From assembly GCA_036339465.1 (NCBI GenBank), contig JAYZAY010000022.1, positions 1 through 30,679 of the forward strand: a DNA stretch of 30,679 nucleotides. The letters run 5' to 3'. This DNA is from Myxococcota bacterium. Lineage in GTDB: Bacteria; Myxococcota; XYA12-FULL-58-9; JABJBS01. Positions 10,219 to 20,674 of this stretch are shown piece by piece. The translations under genes and the position numbers were made by a program. Each line of letters begins with the position of its first letter. The stretch's first letter is position 1. Below the pieces are notes generated by a model. That model was not told where the DNA came from. It did no database searches and saw nothing but the letters and a program-made list of their open reading frames with translations.

Positions 10219-11853
10219 CTAGACGTGGCGGCGAGAGACCCACTCTTTGACCTCTTCCCTTATAATCTTGCTGTTATGTCGAGGGTCTGTGGGTAAGTTT
10301 GGATAATGCACCGCCTCCTCAACCACCCCCTCCCAGCGGGTACCCTGGGATAGACAGATAATATCGAGCGCTACCTCTTCAGACCAAGATTGACCACCTT
10401 CCAATTCAACACACAAGACACCCCGCTCTTTACCAGCCCTCCCCACCCCCACCAAAGCAGCACGAAAAACAGCGGGATGTTGAAGAAAGATTTGCTCCAC
10501 GGGGACCGCTGGCACCAGACCATTTTCAGTGTCAAGACGATGCATGGTCCGCCCACAAAACCAAAGCCGATTGTCTGAATCCAAGTATCCTAAATCACCC
10601 ATACGGTGCCAAAGAAGTTCGCCTTCATGGATTTTTGATTTTTCATTTGCACCTGGCGCATTACGATACTCAGTGCTCACTCCTCCTCCACACACAACCA
10701 CCTCACCTATTTCTCCCGCTTCCAGGAGTTGGACCTTATCCCAAGTGGGAAGCTCCTGAGATTGAAGCGCGATAATCCTGATCTCCATTCCGGGCGCGGC
10801 ATGACCCAAACAAATGCCTTCCCCCCTCATCGTTGCTTCTGCGGTACCACCTAGAATTTCTTGGGTTCCAATGTTGGTCACGGGCAATGCTTCCGTCGCC
10901 CCATAGGGCGTATAGAGTTCTACCTCTTCATTGACAAAGGCACGAAGACGCTTGTGTAAAGAAACGGGAATAGGTGCCGAAGAAGTTAAAAGTGTCTTAA
11001 GGCTCGGAAAGTGTGTTTTGTGGGTTTCTGCATATCGCACGAGTTTTTGCCAAACAATCAGGGAAGCGCTGGCGAAATTTGGTTTAAACTTCAAAATCGC
11101 ATCCACCACCGCTTCGGGATCTGCCTTGGAAGGACTCTTAACGTCGATTTCGGGCACGGAAACGGTCAGCCCCATACTTAGCCAAAGGATTGTATACACC
11201 AACAAGGTTTCAACCACCTGGGTCTCAGGAGCCAATTTCAACATTGCCTCTAAGGCACGGATTCGTTCAGCCATACAATAACGTGACATCACCACAGCCT
11301 TTGGTGGGCCCGTTGAACCCGAAGTAAATACAATGCTCGCGTCATCGTGGAGTCCTAGATTGCACTCTGGTAGTTGCGTGCCTCTAGTTGCTCTCTCTAA
11401 TTGAGTCAAAGTGGGCCCAAAAAGCCAACTCCACCGCCCTGCCACAATTCGAATATCCACTGACTTGAAAGTTGAGCGCAGAAATAGGCTGACAGTATGT
11501 AACGCGGCCGGCGCAATAAGTGCTCTCGGCTTGATACTCTCCACACAAGCAAGCACCTTACCGATGCCCATGGCTGGGTCGATAAACACAGGAACTAAAC
11601 CAGCTCTCAAGAGGCCAAAAATTGCTGGGTAAAATTGTAGTGACGGGGCAAACATGAGCAGCACCCGGTCGCCGGATTCGAATCCCAATCTACGATAACC
11701 TTGTGAAAAGGCTTCAATACGATGTTCTAGTTCGGTGTAGGTAAGTGTATTCCAGCCTTCTCCCCGTTTCCCTCGCGGATAATTAAGGGCCACGGCCTCA
11801 GGATGAGCTTCCGCATGAGCACGGATGCCAAGGGTAATATCTCCTTCATCCAA
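10219..11853 (-). CDS. oleC: OleC-like AMP-forming enzyme (beta-lactone synthetase family)
   Basis: ANL motifs VFTSGSTGPPK, TPYGATEALPV and WHRMGDLGYLD...LWFCGR. PVFIDPAMG and the C-terminal PTDPRHNSKI.RE match the OleC-type DxRHNxKIxR signature. Confidence 0.75.
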   Translation of the reverse strand: MDEGDITLGIRAHAEAHPEAVALNYPRGKRGEGWNTLTYTELEHRIEAFSQGYRRLGFESGDRVLLMFAPSLQFYPAIFGLLRAGLVPVFIDPAMGIGKVLACVESIKPRALIAPAALHTVSLFLRSTFKSVDIRIVAGRWSWLFGPTLTQLERATRGTQLPECNLGLHDDASIVFTSGSTGPPKAVVMSRYCMAERIRALEAMLKLAPETQVVETLLVYTILWLSMGLTVSVPEIDVKSPSKADPEAVVDAILKFKPNFASASLIVWQKLVRYAETHKTHFPSLKTLLTSSAPIPVSLHKRLRAFVNEEVELYTPYGATEALPVTNIGTQEILGGTAEATMRGEGICLGHAAPGMEIRIIALQSQELPTWDKVQLLEAGEIGEVVVCGGGVSTEYRNAPGANEKSKIHEGELLWHRMGDLGYLDSDNRLWFCGRTMHRLDTENGLVPAVPVEQIFLQHPAVFRAALVGVGRAGKERGVLCVELEGGQSWSEEVALDIICLSQGTRWEGVVEEAVHYPNLPTDPRHNSKIIREEVKEWVSRRHV

Positions 11854-11865
11854 AGATTGAATTGT

Positions 11866-12387
11866 TCACTCTCCTGAAGTTGTTTTCGACTTTCCAATGA
11901 GCAAGATGATGAGAATCATCATGACCATACTCACAGAAAGAAACCATTTGATAATGGCAGCGGGATTCCCCACCAAGAATGTCCAATACGGGGGCTCAGG
12001 AAAGGCCATCAACCCACAGATATGAGCGATATTTTCAACCTCATCTAAAAACCCAGCAACCCATGGAATCCACATCAAGACGTTCCAACTTTGAGACATT
12101 TTCGATTTTTCCATCGCCCAAGCCAAACCAAACATGATGGCCGTGGCGTAGAAAAAGGGATGGAATATATCGGGAGGAATATGCGCCCAAAACGCGTCAA
12201 AATCCTTTTCTTCCCATGTTTTTAACTCACCCAAATACCCCTCATAGGTCAGGGCCGTCTGCATCCGAAGACCACGTTGAGCACTCTCGCCCGCAATGGT
12301 AATAATGATGACCTGGGAAATTAAAGCCAGAACTAAGGCAATAAATGCCACCCTCGACAGGTTCTCCATATCCCTGAAGCGCTGCAT
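11866..12387 (-). CDS. Hypothetical integral membrane protein (about 4 TM helices)
   Basis: ATG at 12387 with AGGAG RBS. Four hydrophobic segments, with a polar intramembrane motif FLDEVEN. It ends 12 nt before the oleC-like start, so the two are probably an operon. Confidence 0.75.
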   Translation of the reverse strand: MQRFRDMENLSRVAFIALVLALISQVIIITIAGESAQRGLRMQTALTYEGYLGELKTWEEKDFDAFWAHIPPDIFHPFFYATAIMFGLAWAMEKSKMSQSWNVLMWIPWVAGFLDEVENIAHICGLMAFPEPPYWTFLVGNPAAIIKWFLSVSMVMMILIILLIGKSKTTSGE

Positions 12388-12554
12388 AATGCTCCTTTCC
12401 CTGAATCGGCCCCTGAATTGAGCAACAAAGCTGCCCTCTTCAAATGATGCCCCAGTCTCTGAGTCAGCGCAATGAACATGACTATCTCCTGGCATCCAAG
12501 TAGCGATTGCAGTTTAATATAAGAACTTTACGTCCTTAACCGGGTGATTTTTCA

Positions 12555-15500
12555 ATGGCCCAGGGCCCCAAAGAAATAAGCACACAAAATGCCCAATCTC
12601 TTGTGGAAATTCTTCAACAACGGGCAAAAAGACAACCCGATGATTTGGTTTTTCGATTTCTACACAGTGGAGACGCGAAAGGCCCTATTACGGAATGGAG
12701 CTTTGCTCAGCTTGATAAAAGAGTCCGAATCATCGGAAATTACCTTCAGAAACAACAATTACGCGATAAACCCGTTCTTTTACTATATCCTGCCGATCTG
12801 GAATTCATCGCCGGTTTCTTCGCCTGCCTTTATAGCAACATCATCGCCGTCCCCGTAGCAGCGCCCCACCCTGTGCAAATGTCCAAGATGATGCCGCGCT
12901 TGGTCTCTATTATCCGCGACGCAGGTGCCCACGTGGTGTTAACCACTCAAAAAGTCGTTGAATACGCAACCCTATTCACGGCCAATCACAAAGAGCTCAA
13001 ATCATTGCAGTGGGTTGCCACAGACAAATTAACTCAGGAACCCGATGGGTGGGATATCCCGCCTCCCGATCCCCATGCAACCGCATTTATACAAAACACC
13101 TCTGGTTCCACAGGCGACCCAAAGGGTGTCATGCTCTCGCACCACAATCTTCTACAGGATCAACGTATGCTGAAAATGGGATCCGAACGTTCATCGGACA
13201 CCAAAATTGTATGCTGGCTCCCTCTCTTCCACGACCTAGGCTTAGTCGCGAACGTATTACACACCGTCTTTCTTGGCGCTCAATGCACCTTAATGTCACC
13301 ACTTTCGTTTCTACAAAAACCTGCCCGTTGGTTGCAAGCCATTTCCTATTATCGAGCAGACCTGAGCTCCGCTCCAAACTTCGCCTACGAACTTAGCTCC
13401 CGCAAAATTAGCAAGGAGGATTGCCAAGGTTTAGATTTGAGCTGCTGGCAAGTGGCTGGCAATGGAGCCGAACCTGTCCGCTTCACAACACTCCGAAAAT
13501 TCGCTGAAAAATTCGCGCCCCAAGGCTTTCTCTATACTGCGCTAAATCCCGTTTACGGTCTGGCTGAAAGTACGGTCGCATGTTCAGGCAAACCCAAGAT
13601 CCAAGACGAACCCACCATCCAATGGCTGTCGGAAGAGGCCTTAAGAAACAACGAAGTGACTTTCACTAAACCGGGCACGGACGGTTCTCGAGCGTTGGTC
13701 TCCGCAGGAAGGTTCGATTGGCTCGGACAAGAAATCATCGTGGTCGATCCAGACAGTCACAAGATGCTTGAAGACCGGTGCGTCGGAGAGCTTTGGCTGA
13801 AAAGCGATATCGTTGGCAAGGGATATTGGAAGAGGCCGGAGCTTTCTCGGGAGATTTTCGAAAACGAACCCATAGATGGCCCCACCGGCCCATTCCTTAA
13901 ATCCGGAGACCTTGGATTCATCCATGAGGAACAACTCTATATCACGGGAAGACTGAAGGATCTCATTATCGTCCGCGGGAAAAATCATTATCCACAAGAC
14001 ATCGAACTTACCGTGGAAAATGCGCACCAAGATATTCGAAACGGTTGTGTGGCCGCTTTCTGTTTGGATAGTGAGCAAGAAGAGAGACTGGTCATCGTGG
14101 CCGAAGTCAAGGAGCGACCACAGCCCACACAAGCTGAGGAAATCCGTGAGGAAATCCTGCGTGCAGTCGCTGGCAGCCATGAGCTCAAACCCCATGACAT
14201 TGCCCTCATTGAACCTCGGAGTATTTCGAAAACTTCCAGTGGGAAAATTCAAAGACAAAAAACTCGACAAGCTTACGCGTCCAATAAACTTAAAATCGCT
14301 AATTCTAAGTCCAAACTAAAGAAATTCAAAGAAGACACTCAATCGAAAATGCACATCGCACTTTCCACTAGCCCCGCCTTCCTACAACTCCGTTACCGTG
14401 CCACCAAACTTCTCCAAAACATTCGTTCGGTAAGAGATTCGATGAAAGACCGCGAAGATATACGAGTTGAAGAAGCGAATATCCTAGACACTGAGACAGC
14501 TAAATCCCACAACGAGTCTGAAGATTTTTCAGCTTCGAAAACAAGTCAAATCATTGCCACTATTCCCACCCCTTCCCCAAAAGGCCAAGAAGTTGATGTC
14601 ACCGAATCACTCATAGCGACAATGCTCGCAGAGCATCTCGGCATTTCCGTAGACGACATAGATACCACGGCAACCTTTGACACATTTGGGCTCGACTCCA
14701 AATCTCTGGTCGCCCTCTCTGGCGACTTAGCAACGGTTCTTCAAAAAGAGTTTCCCCCAACCATTCTCTATGATTATCCAACCATCCTGGCACTCGCAAA
14801 ATTCATCGCAGACCCACCGAGGAGCGAATCGAAAAAGGGGCACCCGCGTCCACGGACAAGTGCCTCCAATAATTATGAACCCATGGCAATCATTGGCGCA
14901 GCCTGCCGAATGCCTGGCGGCGCTAACACCCTTGAAAGTTTCTGGGAGAATCTTATCAACAGTAAGGATTGCATCTCTGAAGTGCCTTCGAGTCGGTGGG
15001 ATTGGCGTGAATTCTATAATGCAAATGGAATCATACCAGGAAAAATGAGTACAAAATGGGGAGCGTTCATCGATGACCCCTCACTTTTTGATGCGCGATT
15101 CTTTTCGATTTCCCCTCGCGAAGCTCCACGCATTGACCCACAACAAAGACTGGCCCTTGAGGTCACCTGGGAAGCGCTGGAAAATGCAGGCATTGCGCCC
15201 AAATCTCTAGAAGGCAGCCAAACCGGTGTCTTCCTTGGCATCAGCCACAGTGACTACGGACGTATGCAATCCAATGACCGCTTAAATTTCGGCATTCACG
15301 CCAGCACCGGTAATACCCTAAGTATCGCAGCAAACCGAATATCCTATGCCTTCGATCTTCGAGGTCCCAGTATGGCAGTGGATACGGCCTGCTCTTCCTC
15401 CCTGGTTGCGCTTCATCATGCCTGTCGAAGTATTCAGCTTGGCGATTCCCAACTTGCCATTGCAGGGGGCGTAAACCTGATCCTTTCGCCCGATCTAACC

Positions 15501-18500
15501 ATCGCCTTTTCGCAGGCTCGTATGATGGCGCCCGATGGACGCTGCAAAAGCTTTGACGATTCAGCGGATGGTTACGTTCGAGGCGAGGGCTGTGGGGCTA
15601 TTGTCATCAAATCGTTGACTGAAGCATTGGAAGATGGTGACCCAATCATGGCTATCATTCGAGGATCCGCCGTCAATCAGGATGGGCGTAGCAATGGAAT
15701 CACCGCTCCAAACGGCCCGGCCCAAGAAGCGGTCATCCACGCCGCGCTAGATGCAGCCAATCTCTCCAGTAATGACATCGACTACATCGAAGCACATGGA
15801 ACCGGAACATCATTGGGGGACCCCATCGAGTGTCTCGCCCTAGGGAACGTATTTGCACGGGAGAAAGATGCCCCCTGCATCTACCTTGGTTCAGCCAAGA
15901 CCAATATCGGTCACCTTGAAGCAGCAGCAGGTGTCGCGGGCCTTCTTAAAGTGATCCTCTCCATGGAACACAAAAAGATACCCGCCCACTTACATTTTCA
16001 AAAGCCAAGCGAAAAAATTCCGTGGAAAAATCTACCCTTTCGAATTCCAACAGAACCTATTCCCTGGCCAACCAGAGACCATGAAAAACTAGCCGGCATT
16101 AGTTCGTTTGGATTTGGTGGAACAAATTCCCATGTAATTATTCAAAGCCCACCTCCACAAGAAGAAGTCGAACTGGCCATGGCGCGACCCCGACACATTC
16201 TCACTCTTTCTGCCAAATCACACGAGGCACTCCAAAAAGGAGCTGACCGTTTCGCCACATACTTCGAAGCTCCAAGCCATCCTAATATCGAAAACATTTG
16301 TCACACTTCCAACGCTCATCGGGACCACTTCGAACATAGAATGGCTGTCACCGGCAGTTCATTCGAAGAAATTCATCGCTCGCTTCGAGGCTACCTAGAA
16401 GGCCAAGAGGTCCCTCAAGTCGCCACAAGTCGGATCAGAAAGCACCGAAAGAATAAAATAGCTTTTCTCTTTAGCGGGCAAGGCTCCCAATATGTGGGAA
16501 TGGGACGAGAGCTCTTCAATCGTCAGCCTTTGTTCCGGATGGCAATGGAGCAATGTGACATCATCCTTCAGCAACACCTGGGCACCTCTATCATCGATAA
16601 AATCTACGGTGAGAATGCAACCGAGGAAAAACTAAGTCGGACCCTTTACACCCAGCCAGCGATTTTTTCCCTCGAATACTCCCTTGCGATTCTCTGGAGC
16701 ACTTGGGGTATCGTACCTGATATCGTCATGGGCCACAGCATTGGTGAAATAACCGCCGCCTGTGTCGCTGGCGTAATGACCCTCAATGATGCCCTCAAGT
16801 TAGTCGCTTGCAGAGCCAAAGCCCTAGATAATCTGCCCGAGGGTGGCACAATGATGGTCCTCTACGGTCAAAAGGGTGAAATTGACGCTCTGATTTCTCC
16901 ATACCCCGAAAGTGTCGGTCTGGCGGGGCACAATTCAGCCAACGAATTTGTTATATCGGGCAGGCAAAAAGACATCGACGACATCGGTATCAAAGCGAAA
17001 GCCAAGGGATTGTCACTCACAACTCTCAAGGTTTCCCAAGCATTTCACTCGCCTCTGGTTGAAAGCTCCCTGGATGAATTTGCGACTGCGATTCAGGAGA
17101 TCCCCATGCGATCCCCCCGTATAGATATCATATCGAATATCACTGGTTCCATGGTGACCAGTGATATGGCAACACCCAGCTATTGGCGACACCACGTGAG
17201 AAAGCCTGTTTTATTTTCCAAAGGACTCGAAACCATCAGAAGCTATGGTGCAGATGTATTCGTTGAATGTGGCCCTCACACCACGCTCCTAGGTTTGGGT
17301 CGACGCTCTGTTCCCGCTGGTATCGGACAATGGCTCCCATCCTTAAAGCGTAAACGCGACGACTGGGAACAAATTCTCGAGACAGTAGCCACCCTCTATT
17401 CCATCGGTGCCCCCATTAATTGGGACGGTTTTGATGCTGGATACATTAGGCGGCGAGTTCGAATCCCCAATTATCCCTTTCAACGAGAACATTATTGGAT
17501 TGAAGAAGCAACTCAGGTCACACGAACCATCAGAAAGAAGATCGATGAAATTCGCGATGAGGAGATGCATCCTCTCCGCGGTCATCAAATCGAAGTCAGT
17601 AACCTTCAAGAAGGTGAGAGTCTTTTTGAGCTAAATCTTTCGACTGACTTACCGGTTTTTTCTCTATCAAGTTTGGGAGAAGACGTTTCCTACTTATCCC
17701 GACCCGCTTTCATCGGCATAGCACTGGAAGCCGTGAAGCAATTGAAGCCAAACGACTCATGGAATCTGATGCACTACGAAGCGCCACATAGGATTTCTAC
17801 GAAAAGGGGTGGGAGCATCCAATGTCAGGTTCTTCTCCAAAAACACGGAGAAGACTATCAATTCAAAGTTTCAACCTCTATCCCAAAATACGACGGTGGT
17901 CGCTCCAACTGGAATCAAAGCGCAACAGGGAAGCTTATCCTCCAGAGAAACGAAGAACCGACCAAAAACCAATCGTTGGTATCGCTCCAAGAAAAGATTG
18001 AAGTATTCGAAACTCCAGCCAACTACTACGAGCGCTGTTCTGAACTTGGCCTCGGATATACGAAAAGTCAAAATGAATTCATCTCCAAAATATTCCGAGC
18101 AGAGAATCAGATATTGACCCAAGTAAAGATTCCATCCATGGCTGGCGATAGAGTTAGAACTTTTCAAACCTCCCCCGAGCTACACGATGCCTGTAAGCAG
18201 ACTTACGGTGCCCTTTGTCCTTTGGATGGTAAAGGCACCTATGAACCCGTGGCATTCGAACGAATGGTTAGCACAGATCTCGCTAGCACCATCCTCTGGA
18301 TTCACGGTCAACTGCATCCAAACCGGAAAACAGACACGAACTTTCTCACCATGGACCTCTGCATATACACAGAAAACGGGGAACTCGTCAGTCAAATCCA
18401 AAAGCTCAAATTGGTTCCTGCCCCCAAAGAAAAGACCCTCGGTGAACAACTACTCATTGCCAACGAAGAAGAACAGTTGTTCACCATCAAGACCTTTATA

Positions 18501-19571
18501 CATAACCAGCTAGCCAAGGGACTTAAAATACCCTCCGATAAGTTAGATCCCAATGTTTCTCTTACTGAGTTGGGATTAGATTCATTGGTCGCCCTCGAAG
18601 TGGTCAACAGCACTGAAAAACAACTGGGAATAAAAATAAATATCACCAAACTGGTCGAGGGGACCACAATCGCGACCTTGACTGAATACGCCATGGAGCT
18701 TTTCGCCGGAGACGAACAAACCGGGGAAACCACCTCCAATGCCGAACCTGAAGAGCCCGACGATCCAGTCTTGGTGCCATTTTCGAAGTTGGCCCAAGAC
18801 CAGCCACCAATCTTCTTCGTACATCCCGTGGGGGGATCTGCACTTTGCTATGTGGATTTAGCACGAGCTCTCGAAGACAAACACGCCTTTATCGGAATAC
18901 ATCAACCCCTCCTGGTCGACATTGAGCAAAACGTTGATTCAATTGAGAGCATCGCCGCTGATTATGTCAGTCGTATTCAAGAAAAACAGCCACAGGGACC
19001 CTATAGACTGGCTGGATGGTCAATGGGGGGAGTCATCGCTTTTGAAATGGCCAAGCAACTCACAGATCTTGGTAAAACTGTAAGCTTCTTAGGTATCATC
19101 GATGGAAAGGCCCCCAGCGCAAAAAATCATAGTTTACCCCACGACAAAACCGAATTCCTGCTCCGAATCTTAGCCCAAGATATGGGGATCCCCTACGAAC
19201 GCTTGGACCTGGAATTATTGCGAACTACCGAACTCGACGAGGGCCTACGCTGCATTTTGAGATTGGCCAAAGATGCCAATATCGTCCCGTGGAATTATCG
19301 AATCAAGGACTTTAGAAAACTCTTCGAAATCTTTGAGCAAAACCTGCGAACTTTGAATTCATACTCCCCAGATCCCTTCGATGGAAGAGTCCATGTATAT
19401 AGGTCTGAAATCCCTCTACCAGAACACAAAGAAGCTCCCGAAGATATGGGGTGGGGTCCATTGTGCCATAGTGTCGCATGCTCTCACGTCATCTCGGGAA
19501 CACACTTCACCCTTATTCGAAAACCGAATGTTGAAACCCTCGCCAAACATCTGAACGAAGCGTTAAAGTAG
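12555..19571 (+). CDS. Single-module type I PKS: FAAL-ACP-KS-AT-pseudoDH-ACP-TE (2338 aa)
   Basis: FAAL: TSGSTGDPKG, WLPLFHDLGL, PNFAYEL, FAAL insertion, KTSSGKIQR. ACP1: GLDS near 14690. KS: DTACSSS, HGTGT, NIGHLE. AT: GQGSQ, GHSIGE, QAFHS. DH-like region: HPLRG...LHDACKQ. ACP2: LGLDSL. TE: HPVGG, GWSMGG, GTHF. No KR Rossmann motif seen. Confidence 0.95.
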   Translation: MAQGPKEISTQNAQSLVEILQQRAKRQPDDLVFRFLHSGDAKGPITEWSFAQLDKRVRIIGNYLQKQQLRDKPVLLLYPADLEFIAGFFACLYSNIIAVPVAAPHPVQMSKMMPRLVSIIRDAGAHVVLTTQKVVEYATLFTANHKELKSLQWVATDKLTQEPDGWDIPPPDPHATAFIQNTSGSTGDPKGVMLSHHNLLQDQRMLKMGSERSSDTKIVCWLPLFHDLGLVANVLHTVFLGAQCTLMSPLSFLQKPARWLQAISYYRADLSSAPNFAYELSSRKISKEDCQGLDLSCWQVAGNGAEPVRFTTLRKFAEKFAPQGFLYTALNPVYGLAESTVACSGKPKIQDEPTIQWLSEEALRNNEVTFTKPGTDGSRALVSAGRFDWLGQEIIVVDPDSHKMLEDRCVGELWLKSDIVGKGYWKRPELSREIFENEPIDGPTGPFLKSGDLGFIHEEQLYITGRLKDLIIVRGKNHYPQDIELTVENAHQDIRNGCVAAFCLDSEQEERLVIVAEVKERPQPTQAEEIREEILRAVAGSHELKPHDIALIEPRSISKTSSGKIQRQKTRQAYASNKLKIANSKSKLKKFKEDTQSKMHIALSTSPAFLQLRYRATKLLQNIRSVRDSMKDREDIRVEEANILDTETAKSHNESEDFSASKTSQIIATIPTPSPKGQEVDVTESLIATMLAEHLGISVDDIDTTATFDTFGLDSKSLVALSGDLATVLQKEFPPTILYDYPTILALAKFIADPPRSESKKGHPRPRTSASNNYEPMAIIGAACRMPGGANTLESFWENLINSKDCISEVPSSRWDWREFYNANGIIPGKMSTKWGAFIDDPSLFDARFFSISPREAPRIDPQQRLALEVTWEALENAGIAPKSLEGSQTGVFLGISHSDYGRMQSNDRLNFGIHASTGNTLSIAANRISYAFDLRGPSMAVDTACSSSLVALHHACRSIQLGDSQLAIAGGVNLILSPDLTIAFSQARMMAPDGRCKSFDDSADGYVRGEGCGAIVIKSLTEALEDGDPIMAIIRGSAVNQDGRSNGITAPNGPAQEAVIHAALDAANLSSNDIDYIEAHGTGTSLGDPIECLALGNVFAREKDAPCIYLGSAKTNIGHLEAAAGVAGLLKVILSMEHKKIPAHLHFQKPSEKIPWKNLPFRIPTEPIPWPTRDHEKLAGISSFGFGGTNSHVIIQSPPPQEEVELAMARPRHILTLSAKSHEALQKGADRFATYFEAPSHPNIENICHTSNAHRDHFEHRMAVTGSSFEEIHRSLRGYLEGQEVPQVATSRIRKHRKNKIAFLFSGQGSQYVGMGRELFNRQPLFRMAMEQCDIILQQHLGTSIIDKIYGENATEEKLSRTLYTQPAIFSLEYSLAILWSTWGIVPDIVMGHSIGEITAACVAGVMTLNDALKLVACRAKALDNLPEGGTMMVLYGQKGEIDALISPYPESVGLAGHNSANEFVISGRQKDIDDIGIKAKAKGLSLTTLKVSQAFHSPLVESSLDEFATAIQEIPMRSPRIDIISNITGSMVTSDMATPSYWRHHVRKPVLFSKGLETIRSYGADVFVECGPHTTLLGLGRRSVPAGIGQWLPSLKRKRDDWEQILETVATLYSIGAPINWDGFDAGYIRRRVRIPNYPFQREHYWIEEATQVTRTIRKKIDEIRDEEMHPLRGHQIEVSNLQEGESLFELNLSTDLPVFSLSSLGEDVSYLSRPAFIGIALEAVKQLKPNDSWNLMHYEAPHRISTKRGGSIQCQVLLQKHGEDYQFKVSTSIPKYDGGRSNWNQSATGKLILQRNEEPTKNQSLVSLQEKIEVFETPANYYERCSELGLGYTKSQNEFISKIFRAENQILTQVKIPSMAGDRVRTFQTSPELHDACKQTYGALCPLDGKGTYEPVAFERMVSTDLASTILWIHGQLHPNRKTDTNFLTMDLCIYTENGELVSQIQKLKLVPAPKEKTLGEQLLIANEEEQLFTIKTFIHNQLAKGLKIPSDKLDPNVSLTELGLDSLVALEVVNSTEKQLGIKINITKLVEGTTIATLTEYAMELFAGDEQTGETTSNAEPEEPDDPVLVPFSKLAQDQPPIFFVHPVGGSALCYVDLARALEDKHAFIGIHQPLLVDIEQNVDSIESIAADYVSRIQEKQPQGPYRLAGWSMGGVIAFEMAKQLTDLGKTVSFLGIIDGKAPSAKNHSLPHDKTEFLLRILAQDMGIPYERLDLELLRTTELDEGLRCILRLAKDANIVPWNYRIKDFRKLFEIFEQNLRTLNSYSPDPFDGRVHVYRSEIPLPEHKEAPEDMGWGPLCHSVACSHVISGTHFTLIRKPNVETLAKHLNEALK

Positions 19572-19572
19572 T

Positions 19573-19620
19573 ATCCCCACTTCCATCCCTACTTCCATCC
19601 CTACTTCCATCCCTACTTCA
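19573..19620. repeat. 12-bp tandem repeat ATCCCTACTTCC x4
   Basis: Copies at 19573, 19585, 19597 and 19609 (first and last have one mismatch), between the convergent PKS and KSIII genes. Confidence 0.95.
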
Positions 19621-19651
19621 GACACAGAGTCATTAAGAGATTCGATGGAAG

Positions 19652-20674
19652 CTAGTAGGTCATGACCGCGCCGCCCAGTGACAAACCGGCCCCTGTCCCG
19701 ACCATCATCATTCGACCTCCACGCTTTAGTCTACCGGTTTTGATAGCCTCATAGAGCGCCGATGGAATCGAAGCCCCCACACAATTCCCATAATTCGCAA
19801 CAATGTCCACCATCTTCTCCGAGCGAATGCCTGCATATTGCTCCAAAATCTTCGCCGCTACCTTAAGTCCGGTCTTACTCGTTTGATGCGGAATAACAAG
19901 TTCAACCTTGGGTTCGTGGGGTGGACATAGCCGAGCCAGAAAAGGTGGCATCAAGTCCACTGCCATCTTTAATACCTCGGGACCATTCATCGAAAAATAA
20001 TGGTCTTCTCTTTGGGTATTCGCACTATTGGGATGACGAGTCGATCCACATCCCCTTAGAGTGGTCAAATCAACCCCACTACTGTAGGTCTCAAAAAGGA
20101 GCCGATGAAGAGCGGACTCCTCCTCAGCAGGTGTGGGCACCACAACCGCCGCCGCCGCAATATCACCAAAAAGGGTAAAACTCTCAGCCTCATCTTTATT
20201 GAGACCTACCGACGCAATATCCGAACTAACAATGAGCACTTTTTCGTGCTGCCCCGTGGCAATGAACGCAGCCGCAACATCGATGGCGGTGATAAAGCTC
20301 AAACAAGTGGAGTGCACCGTCATACATTTGATACCCGAATCCTGAAGCCCTAATTCCCGTTGGATATAACACGCACCATCGGGAATCATCTGACCATGAC
20401 TACCGCTGGCATTGATAATCAAATCGATATCGCCCACAGCAATACCTGCGTCCTCAAGGGCCTCATTCGCCGCTTGGGCCCCCATCCATGGAGCCGTTTC
20501 TCCACCTTCAACGTCTGCCCATCGCCTCTCGAAAACACCGTTCGCCTTGGAACTGGTTCCCTCCGGAATATCACAAAGAGCCTCCGCCTCACTGGCCAGA
20601 ACAATCCTTTTAGGCAGATAACGCCCCACGCCTCGAATCTTAATTCGTCTTTCACTCTTCGACATATCCGACAT
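19652..20674 (-). CDS. 3-oxoacyl-ACP synthase III (FabH/OleA-like condensing enzyme)
   Basis: Cys-His-Asn triad in HSTCLSF, IPHQTS and YGNCVGAS, plus LFGDIAAA and C-terminal GTGAGLS. Start probably ATG 20674 or 20665. Confidence 0.9.
   Translation of the reverse strand: MSDMSKSERRIKIRGVGRYLPKRIVLASEAEALCDIPEGTSSKANGVFERRWADVEGGETAPWMGAQAANEALEDAGIAVGDIDLIINASGSHGQMIPDGACYIQRELGLQDSGIKCMTVHSTCLSFITAIDVAAAFIATGQHEKVLIVSSDIASVGLNKDEAESFTLFGDIAAAAVVVPTPAEEESALHRLLFETYSSGVDLTTLRGCGSTRHPNSANTQREDHYFSMNGPEVLKMAVDLMPPFLARLCPPHEPKVELVIPHQTSKTGLKVAAKILEQYAGIRSEKMVDIVANYGNCVGASIPSALYEAIKTGRLKRGGRMMMVGTGAGLSLGGAVMTY

Noticed and set aside
13641..14270. 209-aa minus-strand ORF and other short ORFs inside the PKS
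   Set aside because: Antisense or off-frame shadows of the PKS.
12555..19571. Cyanobacterial-type Ols/CurM olefin synthase
   Set aside because: No KR or sulfotransferase domain lies between the AT and TE.
19652..20674. Assigning the symbol fabH or oleA
   Set aside because: The fold and catalytic triad are clear, but the subfamily cannot be fixed by eye, and the context is neither a fab operon nor a canonical oleABCD operon.
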